From NCBI GenBank assembly GCA_948433885.1, contig CAOJEC010000004.1:1-49775 (forward strand): DNA of 49,775 nt. The letters are read 5' to 3'. Under the pieces are notes generated by a model, which did not search any database, was not told the DNA's origin, and saw only the letters and a list, made by a program, of their open reading frames with translations. Positions 9,324-19,118 of this stretch are shown one piece after another; the first letter of the stretch is position 1, and every line of letters begins with the position of its first letter. This stretch comes from an uncultured bacterium (GTDB taxonomy: Bacteria > Bacillota_I > Bacilli_A > RF39 > UBA660). Position numbers and translations under genes: made by a program.

Positions 9324-10736
9324 TCAAACGAAGAAACCCACCCATGGGTTTTTTCGTTTGAGTCGTTTTATCGCCTCCTCGATCGTCACATCGGCCGGCC
9401 CAACCTTGTCGAGCTCACTCCACTTGATGGGCATCGAAACGCGACATTTATCTTTGAGACGAATAGAGTAGGGAGCGACACTTGTTGCTCCTTTTGTATT
9501 TCTAACCCAATCTATGAATATCTTGTTCATCCTCTTGTTTTTTCTCATATTAGAAGAATACTTATCGGGCCACATCGCTTCCATAACTTTTGCCACATTT
9601 TGGGCAAATTCGCTCGCATCATCCCAATTCTTCAATTTGTCGATCGGGACTACCACATGATAGCCTTTCCCACCGCTCGTCTTCAAATAAGATTTCAAAG
9701 AAAACTCATCCAAGACACTTTTCAAATCTCTGACACCTTGTCGTATCTTCGATAAAGACATTCCTTCGTCGGGATCCAAATCGAAAACTAAAATATTCGG
9801 CTTATCTATATTTGCTATCGATGATCCCCATATGTGAAATTCGTAACTGTTCATTTGTACCTCTGAGATCAATCCTTCTTCATTTGTAATATGATAATAA
9901 TCTTCTTTGTTGCCGTTTTTACTAGGAATCATCATCTTGACTACACCACTATTAGAAGAGAAATTGTGCTTGGCAAAAAATTTTTCTCCACCCACACCTG
10001 AAGGCAATCTGACTGTGCTAAGTAGACGATTTTCTAAATAGGGTAACATACGTTTGGCAACCTTCTTATAATAAAGTGCAATGTCGTACTTTGTTATCGT
10101 CGGTTTTTCGAAGATATGCTTATCTGGGTTGCTTATTTCGACACCTTCGACAAGAAAGTCCTTTGCCGAATTTCGAACTCTTTTGATCTGCTTACCAGAA
10201 CTTATTTCACCCATAGTTCTATCAGTTCGCACGCTGCGATCGAAAGAAGATATGTCGTCATATAAGAAAACTCCATCTTTCTCTTTAATCAAAAGCCAAT
10301 TGTCCTCTTTGAATTTTACGAGAGTCCAAGATCCTTTTAGACGTTTTCCAAATAGACGGAATTTAAAAGAACCTGTTTTTATTTCGCCCTTTGCATTGCC
10401 ATCACATTCGTAAAAACCTTCATCCCAAATCATCACAGTCCCACCGCCATATTCTCCCTTCGGAATGGTTCCTTCGAAATCCTTGTAAGCATAAGGATGA
10501 TCTTCCACCTTGACAGCGAGACGTTTATCGCGAGTATTGTACGACGGCCCTTTAGGGACAGCCCAACTGACGAGAACACCACCGACCTCCAACCGAAAAT
10601 CGTAGTGATCTCTTCTAGCAGAGTGATGTTGAACGACGAATATATGCTTCTTTTTATTTGTTACTTTCTTTCCAATTGGCTCGGCTGTCGAATTGAAATT
10701 CCTTTTTTTATTGTATGCGCTCAAAGATTTTGTCAT
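9324..10736 (-). CDS. ligD: NHEJ LigD phosphoesterase-polymerase (PE-POL) fusion, no ligase domain
   Basis: PE motifs FVVQHH..HYDFRLE..SWAVPKGPS..VEDHP..YGGGTV; POL motifs VFDLDP, KTSGGKGYHV, FIDWVRN. Confidence 0.9.
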   Translation of the reverse strand: MTKSLSAYNKKRNFNSTAEPIGKKVTNKKKHIFVVQHHSARRDHYDFRLEVGGVLVSWAVPKGPSYNTRDKRLAVKVEDHPYAYKDFEGTIPKGEYGGGTVMIWDEGFYECDGNAKGEIKTGSFKFRLFGKRLKGSWTLVKFKEDNWLLIKEKDGVFLYDDISSFDRSVRTDRTMGEISSGKQIKRVRNSAKDFLVEGVEISNPDKHIFEKPTITKYDIALYYKKVAKRMLPYLENRLLSTVRLPSGVGGEKFFAKHNFSSNSGVVKMMIPSKNGNKEDYYHITNEEGLISEVQMNSYEFHIWGSSIANIDKPNILVFDLDPDEGMSLSKIRQGVRDLKSVLDEFSLKSYLKTSGGKGYHVVVPIDKLKNWDDASEFAQNVAKVMEAMWPDKYSSNMRKNKRMNKIFIDWVRNTKGATSVAPYSIRLKDKCRVSMPIKWSELDKVGPADVTIEEAIKRLKRKNPWVGFFV

Positions 10737-11629
10737 TTTTCATTCCTTTCTATCTCTTTTTGAAAAACCGGTTGTCTCAAGTGACCATTAGGTGTCCTTT
10801 CGATGAAGACAACTTCACACGAATATTTTCGATCGATGTAAAATGCTTTCTCTTCATCGTAATCTATAAAAGGAGATTTCTTTCTAGTTTTACATCTCTT
10901 CAATTTTTTATATAAAGGACTGTCCCTCATGACTGACACTTTACCAACAAAGTGAAATCTTTTACCTCGGTATTCTCCCAAAAGCAAAGAAGCTTTATGA
11001 GCGTTTTCTACAAAACCTCCGACTATAAAAATTTCTTTTTTAAAATTTTTAATCTTTATCCAATCTTTTGTACGAATTCCGGTTTCATAAATACTCGCTT
11101 TTTTCTTTGCGACGATTCCTTCTAATCCCATTTTGACTACTTGCTGAAAAAGATCTTTACCTTTTCCGGCGACATATTTTGTTTTGACGAATGTCTCCGT
11201 GTCGGGATATTTCGATAACATTTTTTTCCTGTCCAATAGAGGTAACTTTCTCAAGTCTTTTTTGTCATATAGACAATCGAACGCGACAAATGCGACCGGC
11301 TCCTCGCGACACATAGACTCGATTTTAGATTTGTCTTTGAGAAGATTTCGTTTTTGCAGTTTCGAAAAACTCGGCATACCATGTTCGAAAGAGACAATTT
11401 CACCATCAAAAATCACTTTATCGTCGACAATGTTGGCAATCTCTTGTAATTCGGGAAAAATATGAGTAATCTCGTTGCCTCGTCTAGTAAAAACATGAAC
11501 CACCTTAGGACTTGCATGAAGAGTTGCCCTGATGCCGTCGAACTTGAATTCGAAAATATAATCATCATCATCGAAAGGACTAGATTGCTCACTCAAAAGC
11601 ATCGGCTGAACAAAAGTATTGAATTTCAT
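10733..11629 (-). CDS. ATP-dependent DNA ligase (LigD ligase domain, stand-alone)
   Basis: PMLL, EFKFDGIRA (KxDG adenylation motif), FDGE, EGIVAKK, WIKIK. Confidence 0.88.
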   Translation of the reverse strand: MKFNTFVQPMLLSEQSSPFDDDDYIFEFKFDGIRATLHASPKVVHVFTRRGNEITHIFPELQEIANIVDDKVIFDGEIVSFEHGMPSFSKLQKRNLLKDKSKIESMCREEPVAFVAFDCLYDKKDLRKLPLLDRKKMLSKYPDTETFVKTKYVAGKGKDLFQQVVKMGLEGIVAKKKASIYETGIRTKDWIKIKNFKKEIFIVGGFVENAHKASLLLGEYRGKRFHFVGKVSVMRDSPLYKKLKRCKTRKKSPFIDYDEEKAFYIDRKYSCEVVFIERTPNGHLRQPVFQKEIERNEK

Positions 11630-12373
11630 CTAACTCTCCAAGCTCTTTTGTAAAGAAGACATCAAATCTTTGATAGACTCCTTTTTCTTTGCTTTCGTTT
11701 TCGATATAGGCTTGCCGTCGATCTTTTTATCAATGGAATCCTTGATACGATTTTGATAATCATCTTCGTATTTCTGAGGCGTAAAATGTCCTGAAAGATG
11801 CTCGACGAGCTTCAATGCCAAGTTGAGTTCTTCCTTCGAATATGATGCTTCGACGTTCGCCTCGGGAATATTCACTTCTTCATCAAAATACATCGTCGAC
11901 ATCAATATATTCCCGTCCATATACCTCAAAAGTACATAATAAAATTTGCTACTCAAAGCCGTTTTAGCGACCGCCACTTTTTTTGATTTTTTAAGAACTT
12001 CTAAAAAGAGAGAATAAGATTTCGATTTCTTAGGTGTTGAAAGCACATAACTTTTCTCATAGTAAATTGGACTTATTTCGCTTTCCGGCACAAAGGCGAC
12101 AATTTCGATAGTCCCTTTAGAGTCGACTTGAAAACTGTCGAGTTCTTCTTTAGTAAAAGTCACATATTTATCTTTCTCGTACTCGTATCCTTTTATGATG
12201 TCGGCTTCTTTCAAAGGTTTTTTACATTGCTCACAATATTTTTGATAATGTACACGGCTGAGACATTTTTTATGCAATTGATTGAAAGAAGTATCGTTGT
12301 TTTTTATGATGGGATTGTAGACGACAGGAATATTGACCAATCCGAAAGAAATTTCACTTTTCATATTTGCCAT
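11630..12373 (-). CDS. ku: Ku (NHEJ DNA end-binding protein)
   Basis: ISFGLVNIPV, IIKGYEYEKDKYV, YEDDYQNRI, DLMSSLQKSL. Confidence 0.9.
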   Translation of the reverse strand: MANMKSEISFGLVNIPVVYNPIIKNNDTSFNQLHKKCLSRVHYQKYCEQCKKPLKEADIIKGYEYEKDKYVTFTKEELDSFQVDSKGTIEIVAFVPESEISPIYYEKSYVLSTPKKSKSYSLFLEVLKKSKKVAVAKTALSSKFYYVLLRYMDGNILMSTMYFDEEVNIPEANVEASYSKEELNLALKLVEHLSGHFTPQKYEDDYQNRIKDSIDKKIDGKPISKTKAKKKESIKDLMSSLQKSLES

Positions 12374-12515
12374 AATTTATATCACCACTTGAATTATGGA
12401 TCGTTCGAGGTATGGTTATTCAAATACGTTCATAAATTTCAAATGAACTAAATAAATCTTTTTTGATATGATTTGAATTAAAATATGTTATAATTGTCCT
12501 AAGGAGGTTAGTAAT

Positions 12516-13175
12516 ATGGGTGTATTGATAAATAAAAAGAGATGTGACAATGCGTCCGTATGTCCTTGTATAGAAAACTGTCCAACAAAAGCATTTTATT
12601 ATGATACAAAAAAGAACACAGTTGCTGTTCATAATGAGCTTTGTATCAATTGTAGAAAATGCATGTTGATTTGTGAAGCAGGTGCAGTAAAAGTATTTAG
12701 AAACGAAGAAGAACTACTCAAATTGAAAACTGAATATGATGAAGATGCAATGACAACGGAAAAATTATTTCAGGATCGGTATGGCGCATGTCTCGTCGAT
12801 GAAACATTCGGTTTGGATCTGAGCAATTTAGATAAGCTGATCATCGATTCCAACAAAGTATTATTGATCGAGTTTTACAATGAAGATGAGGCAAGTTGCC
12901 TTATCAACTCTATCCCTATAAAGGAAATCGTCGAACATATTCCAAAGGAAGTATCGTATAGAAAAATAGAAGTAAAAGACGTTGAAATCATAAAAAAGTA
13001 CGGAGTCGATTCACTCCCATCGCTGATCATCATCGAAGGACAAAAAAATCATCCAAGAAGGTCCAATTTTAATCTCTTCAAAAGAAGAATTGTTCACGAA
13101 AATAGACGATCTTTTTCTCGAAAATGTAGATTGATATTTGAAAACTGTAGCATCTTCATTTCTACAGTTTTTTAG
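12516..13175 (+). CDS. 4Fe-4S dicluster ferredoxin fused to a thioredoxin-like domain (C-terminus likely frameshifted at A7, 13042-13048)
   Basis: CDNASVCPCIENCP and CINCRKCMLICE clusters; Trx-like C-terminal half (YGVDSLPSLIII). Confidence 0.7.
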   Translation: MGVLINKKRCDNASVCPCIENCPTKAFYYDTKKNTVAVHNELCINCRKCMLICEAGAVKVFRNEEELLKLKTEYDEDAMTTEKLFQDRYGACLVDETFGLDLSNLDKLIIDSNKVLLIEFYNEDEASCLINSIPIKEIVEHIPKEVSYRKIEVKDVEIIKKYGVDSLPSLIIIEGQKNHPRRSNFNLFKRRIVHENRRSFSRKCRLIFENCSIFISTVF

Positions 13176-13258
13176 TTGCAACAAGAAAATTTTATTCTTG
13201 AGAGAAACAGGTGTTTATGATAAAATGTTAATAGTAAAGAATGATAGGGTGATTCACG

Positions 13259-15604
13259 ATGGACGAATTCGAAAATAGATTTGGAATGAACTACGATGTG
13301 GCTATTTCTAAAACTGCTGCTATTTATAAGGGAATTAAATATAGAATCACCGTATTAAGTGAAATACTAGTAAGACTCGAATATAGTGAATCGGGTACAT
13401 TCGAAGATAGACCGACCGAACTAGCGAGATTTAGAGATTTCGATGTACCTCGTGTCATTGCCACCGAAGACGAGAAAAAATTGACATTGAAGACTAACTA
13501 TTTCGAACTCGTGTATGACAAAGAGATGCCATTCACCGGGACGAAATTTTCACCAGATCAATACTTGAAAATCAAACTTTTGGGTACAGATAAAATGTGG
13601 TTTTTTACTCAAGCAGAAGCTCGAAACTTTAAAGGTACATGTGTTAGTCTAGATGATAAAACATCTATTCCAAAACTCGAAAAAGGCCTCTACAGTACCG
13701 ATGGTTTTGTATCATTAGACGATTCCAAAAGTCTCATCTTCAATAGAGATGGGAGTGTAGGCAAAAGAAGCGATGATCGCATCGATACTTATTTATTCAT
13801 GTACAAAAAAGACTTTGGATTTTGCCTAAAAGATTATTATAGATTGACAGGATATCCTCCACTCATTCCGCGTTATGCACTTGGTGTTTGGTGGAATAGA
13901 GATTGCAGTTACAGTGTCAATGATATATATTCGATGTTGGCAAATTTCAAAAAATATGAAATTCCAATAAGTGTAATGTTACTAAATAAATGGAGTAAAG
14001 ACGACGTTTCCTTCGATCGCGAATTGATCCCTGAGCCGGCCGGTGTAATCCAAGAGTTGCATTCAAATCACATTCGTCTAGGACTGAATCTAGCACTTGA
14101 GAAAGTACCCGCTAACATGAATGGTGTCAATACCGAAGTTCCTTTCAATGTTTACGATAAAGGATTCGTCGGCAATTATTTTAAAACATTCATAAAACCT
14201 CTCTTCGATATGGGAGTAGATTTCTTTTCTCTCGATAAAAAAAGCAAGGACATCTATTCTCTACGCATGACAAACTACTACTTTTACAACTATATGAATG
14301 CCGAACCAGATAAGAGAGGAATGATTCTTTCTCGAAATGGACTTGTAAGTGCACACCTATATCCTGCCTGTACGAGTGGTGAGACGATAGTAGATTGGAA
14401 AACACTGAGAATGTTACCGGAATTCAACTCTACTAGTTCGAATATCGGTGTTTCTTGGTGGAGTCATGCGATAGGAGGATTCAAAGACGGAGTAGAGGAT
14501 AACGAACTATATACAAGATTCGTTCAATTGGGTACATACAGTCCGATATTTAGATTCAGTTCATCGAATGGAAAATACTACAAAAGAGAACCTTGGAAAT
14601 GGGACGTCAAAACTCACAAAATCGTGAGAGACTACACCAATGTCCGTCATAGATTGATCCCGTATCTATACAGTGAATCGTACAAATATGCCAAAACAGG
14701 CTTGCCTTTAATTCAACCACTTTATTATAGATACCCTGAACTTTACGACGAACCGACATATAAAAATGAATACTACTTCGGTACCGAATTGTTCATCGCG
14801 CCTATCACGGATAGGAAAGACCCTGTCATGAATCGTACTGTAGTAAGACTGTTCTTGCCAAACGGCACATGGTATGACTTCAAAACAGGTAAAAAGTTTC
14901 CAGGTGGAAAGAGATACATATCTTTTTTCCAAGACGAAGACTTTCCCGTCTTTGCTAAACAAGGGGCCATCATCCCGCTTGCTATACTCGATCCGAACAA
15001 TAGAAACGACACATCGAATCCCGATAAAATGCAAATTCACATATTCCCGGGAAGAAACAACACATACAAACTGTACGAAGATGATGGAACTTCTAACGCT
15101 TACAAACAAGGTAATTTCATGACTACTTCGATAGATTACAACTACCTACCGAACAACTTCACAGTAATAATAAGACCATTGGAAGGAAAAAGAGGAATCA
15201 TTCCTGCTAATCGTAGTTATAAAATAAGATTCAGAAACACTCGTTTTGCGGATGACGTGATAGTCTATCTAGGAACATCTCGTTTACAAGTCAAAACTTA
15301 CTTAGACGATCAAGACTTCATAGTCGAGACACCACCGATCAGTACGAGTGAGCAGTTGAGTATCAACTGTAAAGGTAAAGATATCGAAATAGACGCCGTG
15401 CGTTTGATCAATGAAGATATCGATCATATCATCAGCGATCTCAAAATACCGACGCGACTCAAAGAAAAGATAAACGAAATAATCTTCTCAGACGACGACA
15501 TTAAGAAGAAGAGAATTGCTATACGTAAACTAGCAGCACAAGGCTTAGGAGATATATTTATAAAAATGTTCCTAAAATTACTTGAATATGTCAGTGAATT
15601 TTAA
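13259..15604 (+). CDS. GH31-family glycoside hydrolase-like protein (with DUF5110-type C-terminal domain)
   Basis: LIPRYALGVWW, WWSHAIGG, RFVQLGTYSPIFR, RHRLIPYLY, YYFGTELFIAP, LYEDDG. Confidence 0.8.
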   Translation: MDEFENRFGMNYDVAISKTAAIYKGIKYRITVLSEILVRLEYSESGTFEDRPTELARFRDFDVPRVIATEDEKKLTLKTNYFELVYDKEMPFTGTKFSPDQYLKIKLLGTDKMWFFTQAEARNFKGTCVSLDDKTSIPKLEKGLYSTDGFVSLDDSKSLIFNRDGSVGKRSDDRIDTYLFMYKKDFGFCLKDYYRLTGYPPLIPRYALGVWWNRDCSYSVNDIYSMLANFKKYEIPISVMLLNKWSKDDVSFDRELIPEPAGVIQELHSNHIRLGLNLALEKVPANMNGVNTEVPFNVYDKGFVGNYFKTFIKPLFDMGVDFFSLDKKSKDIYSLRMTNYYFYNYMNAEPDKRGMILSRNGLVSAHLYPACTSGETIVDWKTLRMLPEFNSTSSNIGVSWWSHAIGGFKDGVEDNELYTRFVQLGTYSPIFRFSSSNGKYYKREPWKWDVKTHKIVRDYTNVRHRLIPYLYSESYKYAKTGLPLIQPLYYRYPELYDEPTYKNEYYFGTELFIAPITDRKDPVMNRTVVRLFLPNGTWYDFKTGKKFPGGKRYISFFQDEDFPVFAKQGAIIPLAILDPNNRNDTSNPDKMQIHIFPGRNNTYKLYEDDGTSNAYKQGNFMTTSIDYNYLPNNFTVIIRPLEGKRGIIPANRSYKIRFRNTRFADDVIVYLGTSRLQVKTYLDDQDFIVETPPISTSEQLSINCKGKDIEIDAVRLINEDIDHIISDLKIPTRLKEKINEIIFSDDDIKKKRIAIRKLAAQGLGDIFIKMFLKLLEYVSEF

Positions 15605-15624
15605 TATAATATTGTCAATCTCAA

Positions 15625-15818
15625 GTGAAGAGGAAGTAGTAACAAAAACGACACGAATACGAGAGAAAGGCTGGTCGGTGCAAAGCCCATGAATGTCGAC
15701 TTGTGAACTTGTCCTCGGATGAAGATAGGGGTTGCTCCCGTAGAAGCTACTAAAGCACAAATTAAGGTGGTACCACGAGCAAAATCGTCCTTTGGATAGA
15801 TTGCTCGTTTTATTTTTT
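15625..15818 (+). promoter_or_regulatory. T-box riboswitch (Leu)
   Basis: Promoter TTGAAT-17-TATAAT (15582-15610). Stem I has AGUA/GAA motifs and a Leu codon (CTT/TTG, 15708-15711). T-box AAGGTGGTACCACG at 15764-15777; antiterminator partner CGTCCTT; terminator with T tract. Confidence 0.9.
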
Positions 15819-15836
15819 GAAAGGAGGAAACGATAT

Positions 15837-16211
15837 TTGGAACACGCGATTTACTTTTTAATCTCGTTTGTAATAACTTACTTTGGACGATTATATCTTT
15901 TTAGAAGAAGTAACAAAGTGTCAAATAGATCTAAAAAAAAGGAGAAAAAAAAGGACAATACGAGTATAGAAATAAAATATTTGAGTTCGAAGTTTTCACT
16001 AGATAGAGATTCACTGAATACTAAAAAGATGAACTATCTAATAAGTGCGATAGACGCCTCGATCATCGCGATCGCATTCACTTTGGTAAGTTTTATCGAC
16101 GACATGATAGTCACCTTCACCGTAGGAATAATAACAGTGTTCGTTCTCATATATGTGTCCTATGAAATACTAGGAAAAATTTTAAAAAAGAAAGGAATTG
16201 AAAAAAAATGA
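15837..16211 (+). CDS. Small membrane protein of unknown function, first gene of the leuS operon
   Basis: RBS AAGGAGG then TTG 15837 (track start 15792 lies inside the terminator); 3 hydrophobic segments; stop overlaps leuS start (ATGA). Confidence 0.7.
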   Translation: MEHAIYFLISFVITYFGRLYLFRRSNKVSNRSKKKEKKKDNTSIEIKYLSSKFSLDRDSLNTKKMNYLISAIDASIIAIAFTLVSFIDDMIVTFTVGIITVFVLIYVSYEILGKILKKKGIEKK

Positions 16212-19060
16212 ATTATGACTTTAAAAACATCGAAAAAAAATGGCAAGAGAAATGGGAAAAAGAAGGTACATTTGTAGCCGAGAATGGTGGAGATAAAGAA
16301 AAGTACTATGTACTTGTAGAATTTCCATATCCAAGTGGAGTAGGCCTACACGTCGGTCATGTCCGCAGCTACACTGCTTTGGATTCACTAGCTCGTCTAA
16401 AAAGAGCACAAGGATATAACGTCTTGTTTCCTATGGGTTGGGATTCATTCGGTGCACCTGCTGAACAATATGCCATCAAAAACCACGTTTATCCAGCAAA
16501 CATGGTGAAAGACTGCATCGAAACTTTCAAAAGACAAATAAAAGCATTAGGTTCATCTTTCGATTGGACACGCGAATTTGCAACTACCGATCCCGAATAT
16601 TACAAATGGACTCAATGGCAATTTTTACAATTTTACAAAGCAGGACTCGCTTATAAGGCTGAGAAAGAAATAAATTGGTGTCCAAATTGTAAGACAGGCT
16701 TATCCAATGAAGATGCCGCTGGTGGAGTATGTGAACGATGTGGATCATCGACGACCAAGAAACTCAAAAATCAATGGATGCTCAAGATGAGTTCGTATGC
16801 TGATAGTTTATTAGATGGACTTGCAGAAACTGAATTTTGGGACAAAATAAAAATCGCTCAAATCAATTGGATAGGAAAGAGCACCGGGGCAGAAGTAAAT
16901 TTCAAAATGAAAGAAGTAGAAGATACTCTTACAGTTTTTACTACTAGATGCGATACACTATTCGGTGTAACTGCCATGGTTCTATCTCCAGAACATGAAT
17001 TTTTGAATAAATACGCAGACAAAATAAATAACATAGATGAAGTTCGTGCCTATCGAGAACAAACGCATAAGAAAAGTGAAATCGAAAGAACGGATATGAC
17101 TAAGGAAAAGACAGGCGTGAAGATCGATGGACTTACTGCCATCAATCCAGTTAACGGTGCCGAGATTGAAATTTGGATGTCCGATTATGTACTTGCAAGT
17201 TATGGTACTGGAGCCATCATGATGGTGCCTGCACACGATGATCGAGATTATGCTTTTGCAAAAAAATTCGATATACCTATCGTACAAGTTATAGCCAAGA
17301 ACTTCGTAGGTTCAGGAGACTCGACTATCAGACCAGATAAACCTTTCACCGATCGTCAAGTTGTAATAGCGGCAATCGCTCATCCGACTGAAGATAAATA
17401 TCTATGTGTCAAAAACAACAAATTTGGATGGATAAACTTCGTGATGGGCGGCATCGAAGGTGATGAAAACCCTATCGAGGCAGCAAAAAGAGAAATCATC
17501 GAAGAAACCGGGTATACTGAGATCGAGATCGAACGCGAAATGGAATTTGTCTACTTCGATAACTTCTTTGCTAGACATAAAGATGTCAATAGACATATAA
17601 CTTGCCACACTGTCGTCGGAAGATTGAAAAATCTAGATGCAATCGAAAGATCCGAAGAAGAAAGCGAACTCCAAGAAGTGATGTGGATCGATAAAGAAAA
17701 ATTAATCGAAACATTGAATACAAATGCACATAAGTACGACGCAACTCGTGCCTTAGAAGGCGACGGACCGTTGACCGAAGAAGGTGTTCATATCAATTCG
17801 GATTTCTTAGATGGTTTAGGAAAAGAAGAAGCAATTGAACGCATGCTAGAATTCCTAGAAGAAAAGGGTATAGGAAAAAAGACAACAAACTATCGTCTAC
17901 AAGATTGGATTTTCTCTCGTCAACGTTTTTGGGGTGAACCTATACCTATGATTCATTGTGAAAAATGTGGATGGGTGCCTGTACCTGAAGAAGAATTGCC
18001 ACTAATTTTGCCGGACGTTCCTTCTTACGAGCCTACTGATAATGGAGAAAGTCCTTTATCTACAGTAGACGAATGGGTGAATACGACTTGTCCTTCATGC
18101 GGAAATCACGCCGTCAGAGAAACCGATACGATGCCAAACTGGGCCGGGTCTAGCTGGTACTGGATCAGATACATGGATCCAAAATGTGACACCGCTATAG
18201 CAAACATGGATGCGATGAAATATTGGGGACAAGTAGATCTTTACAATGGTGGAATGGAACATGCGACGAGACATCTTCTCTATGCAAGATTTTGGAATCA
18301 AGTTCTCTTCGACAATGGAATAGTTCCTGTACGCGAACCGTTTAAAAAGAGAGTTGCTCACGGTATGATACTCGGTGAAAATAACGAGAAGATGAGTAAA
18401 AGCAAAGGCAATGTAGTCAATCCTGATGACATGTTCGAAACTTATGGTGCCGATGCACTTAGAACTTACGAGATGTTTATAGGAGACTACACTAAAGATG
18501 CCGCTTGGAGTGAAAACGGACTTAAAGGTTGTAAAAAGTTCTTGGATAGAATATTTAGACTTCAAACAAAACTGAATGATGATGAAGAGTATTCTAAAGA
18601 GTTGGAAGCTATGATCAATAAGACAATTAAAAAAGTTACCGAAGATATAGAAACTATGAACTATAATACTGCTGTGTCAGCACTGATGATTTTGTTGAAT
18701 GCATACGACAAACAAGAAAAAATTTCGCGAAAAGACTATCGTACTATTTTACAACTTTTGAATCCTATCGCCCCGCACGTAACTGAAGAATTGAACGAAA
18801 TATGTAAATTGGGTGTTCCGTTTACGTCAAGTGATTGGCCTATTTGTGACGAATCGAAAATAGTAGAAGACACTTATGAAATAGGAGTTCAAGTGAACGG
18901 AAAACTTCGTGGAAGTATAGTAGTAAGTGCTGATGAAAATGAAAACAGCATTAAAGAGAAAGCTCTAGCAAATGAAAATGTCATAAAACATATCGAAGGC
19001 AAAGAGATAATCAAAACCATCGTGATACCTAAAAGAATTGTCAGCATCGTAGTAAAATAA
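16208..19060 (+). CDS. leuS: Leucyl-tRNA synthetase with an inserted NUDIX hydrolase domain
   Basis: HVGH and KMSKS signatures; CP1 editing motifs TTRCDTLFG, GTGAIMMVPAHD; Nudix box GGIEGDENPIEAAKREIIEETGY at 17447-17515. Confidence 0.95.
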   Translation: MNYDFKNIEKKWQEKWEKEGTFVAENGGDKEKYYVLVEFPYPSGVGLHVGHVRSYTALDSLARLKRAQGYNVLFPMGWDSFGAPAEQYAIKNHVYPANMVKDCIETFKRQIKALGSSFDWTREFATTDPEYYKWTQWQFLQFYKAGLAYKAEKEINWCPNCKTGLSNEDAAGGVCERCGSSTTKKLKNQWMLKMSSYADSLLDGLAETEFWDKIKIAQINWIGKSTGAEVNFKMKEVEDTLTVFTTRCDTLFGVTAMVLSPEHEFLNKYADKINNIDEVRAYREQTHKKSEIERTDMTKEKTGVKIDGLTAINPVNGAEIEIWMSDYVLASYGTGAIMMVPAHDDRDYAFAKKFDIPIVQVIAKNFVGSGDSTIRPDKPFTDRQVVIAAIAHPTEDKYLCVKNNKFGWINFVMGGIEGDENPIEAAKREIIEETGYTEIEIEREMEFVYFDNFFARHKDVNRHITCHTVVGRLKNLDAIERSEEESELQEVMWIDKEKLIETLNTNAHKYDATRALEGDGPLTEEGVHINSDFLDGLGKEEAIERMLEFLEEKGIGKKTTNYRLQDWIFSRQRFWGEPIPMIHCEKCGWVPVPEEELPLILPDVPSYEPTDNGESPLSTVDEWVNTTCPSCGNHAVRETDTMPNWAGSSWYWIRYMDPKCDTAIANMDAMKYWGQVDLYNGGMEHATRHLLYARFWNQVLFDNGIVPVREPFKKRVAHGMILGENNEKMSKSKGNVVNPDDMFETYGADALRTYEMFIGDYTKDAAWSENGLKGCKKFLDRIFRLQTKLNDDEEYSKELEAMINKTIKKVTEDIETMNYNTAVSALMILLNAYDKQEKISRKDYRTILQLLNPIAPHVTEELNEICKLGVPFTSSDWPICDESKIVEDTYEIGVQVNGKLRGSIVVSADENENSIKEKALANENVIKHIEGKEIIKTIVIPKRIVSIVVK

Positions 19061-19118
19061 ATGTAAAACATATAGAAATAGGATCATAACGAAATTTGAA
19101 ATTTACTAAAAAAATAGA

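Noticed and set aside
223-18565. Numerous 60-160 aa ORFs antisense or out-of-frame within backbone genes (e.g. 223-474, 14708-15109, 18095-18565)
   Set aside because: Shadow ORFs overlapping well-supported genes, with no RBS or motifs.
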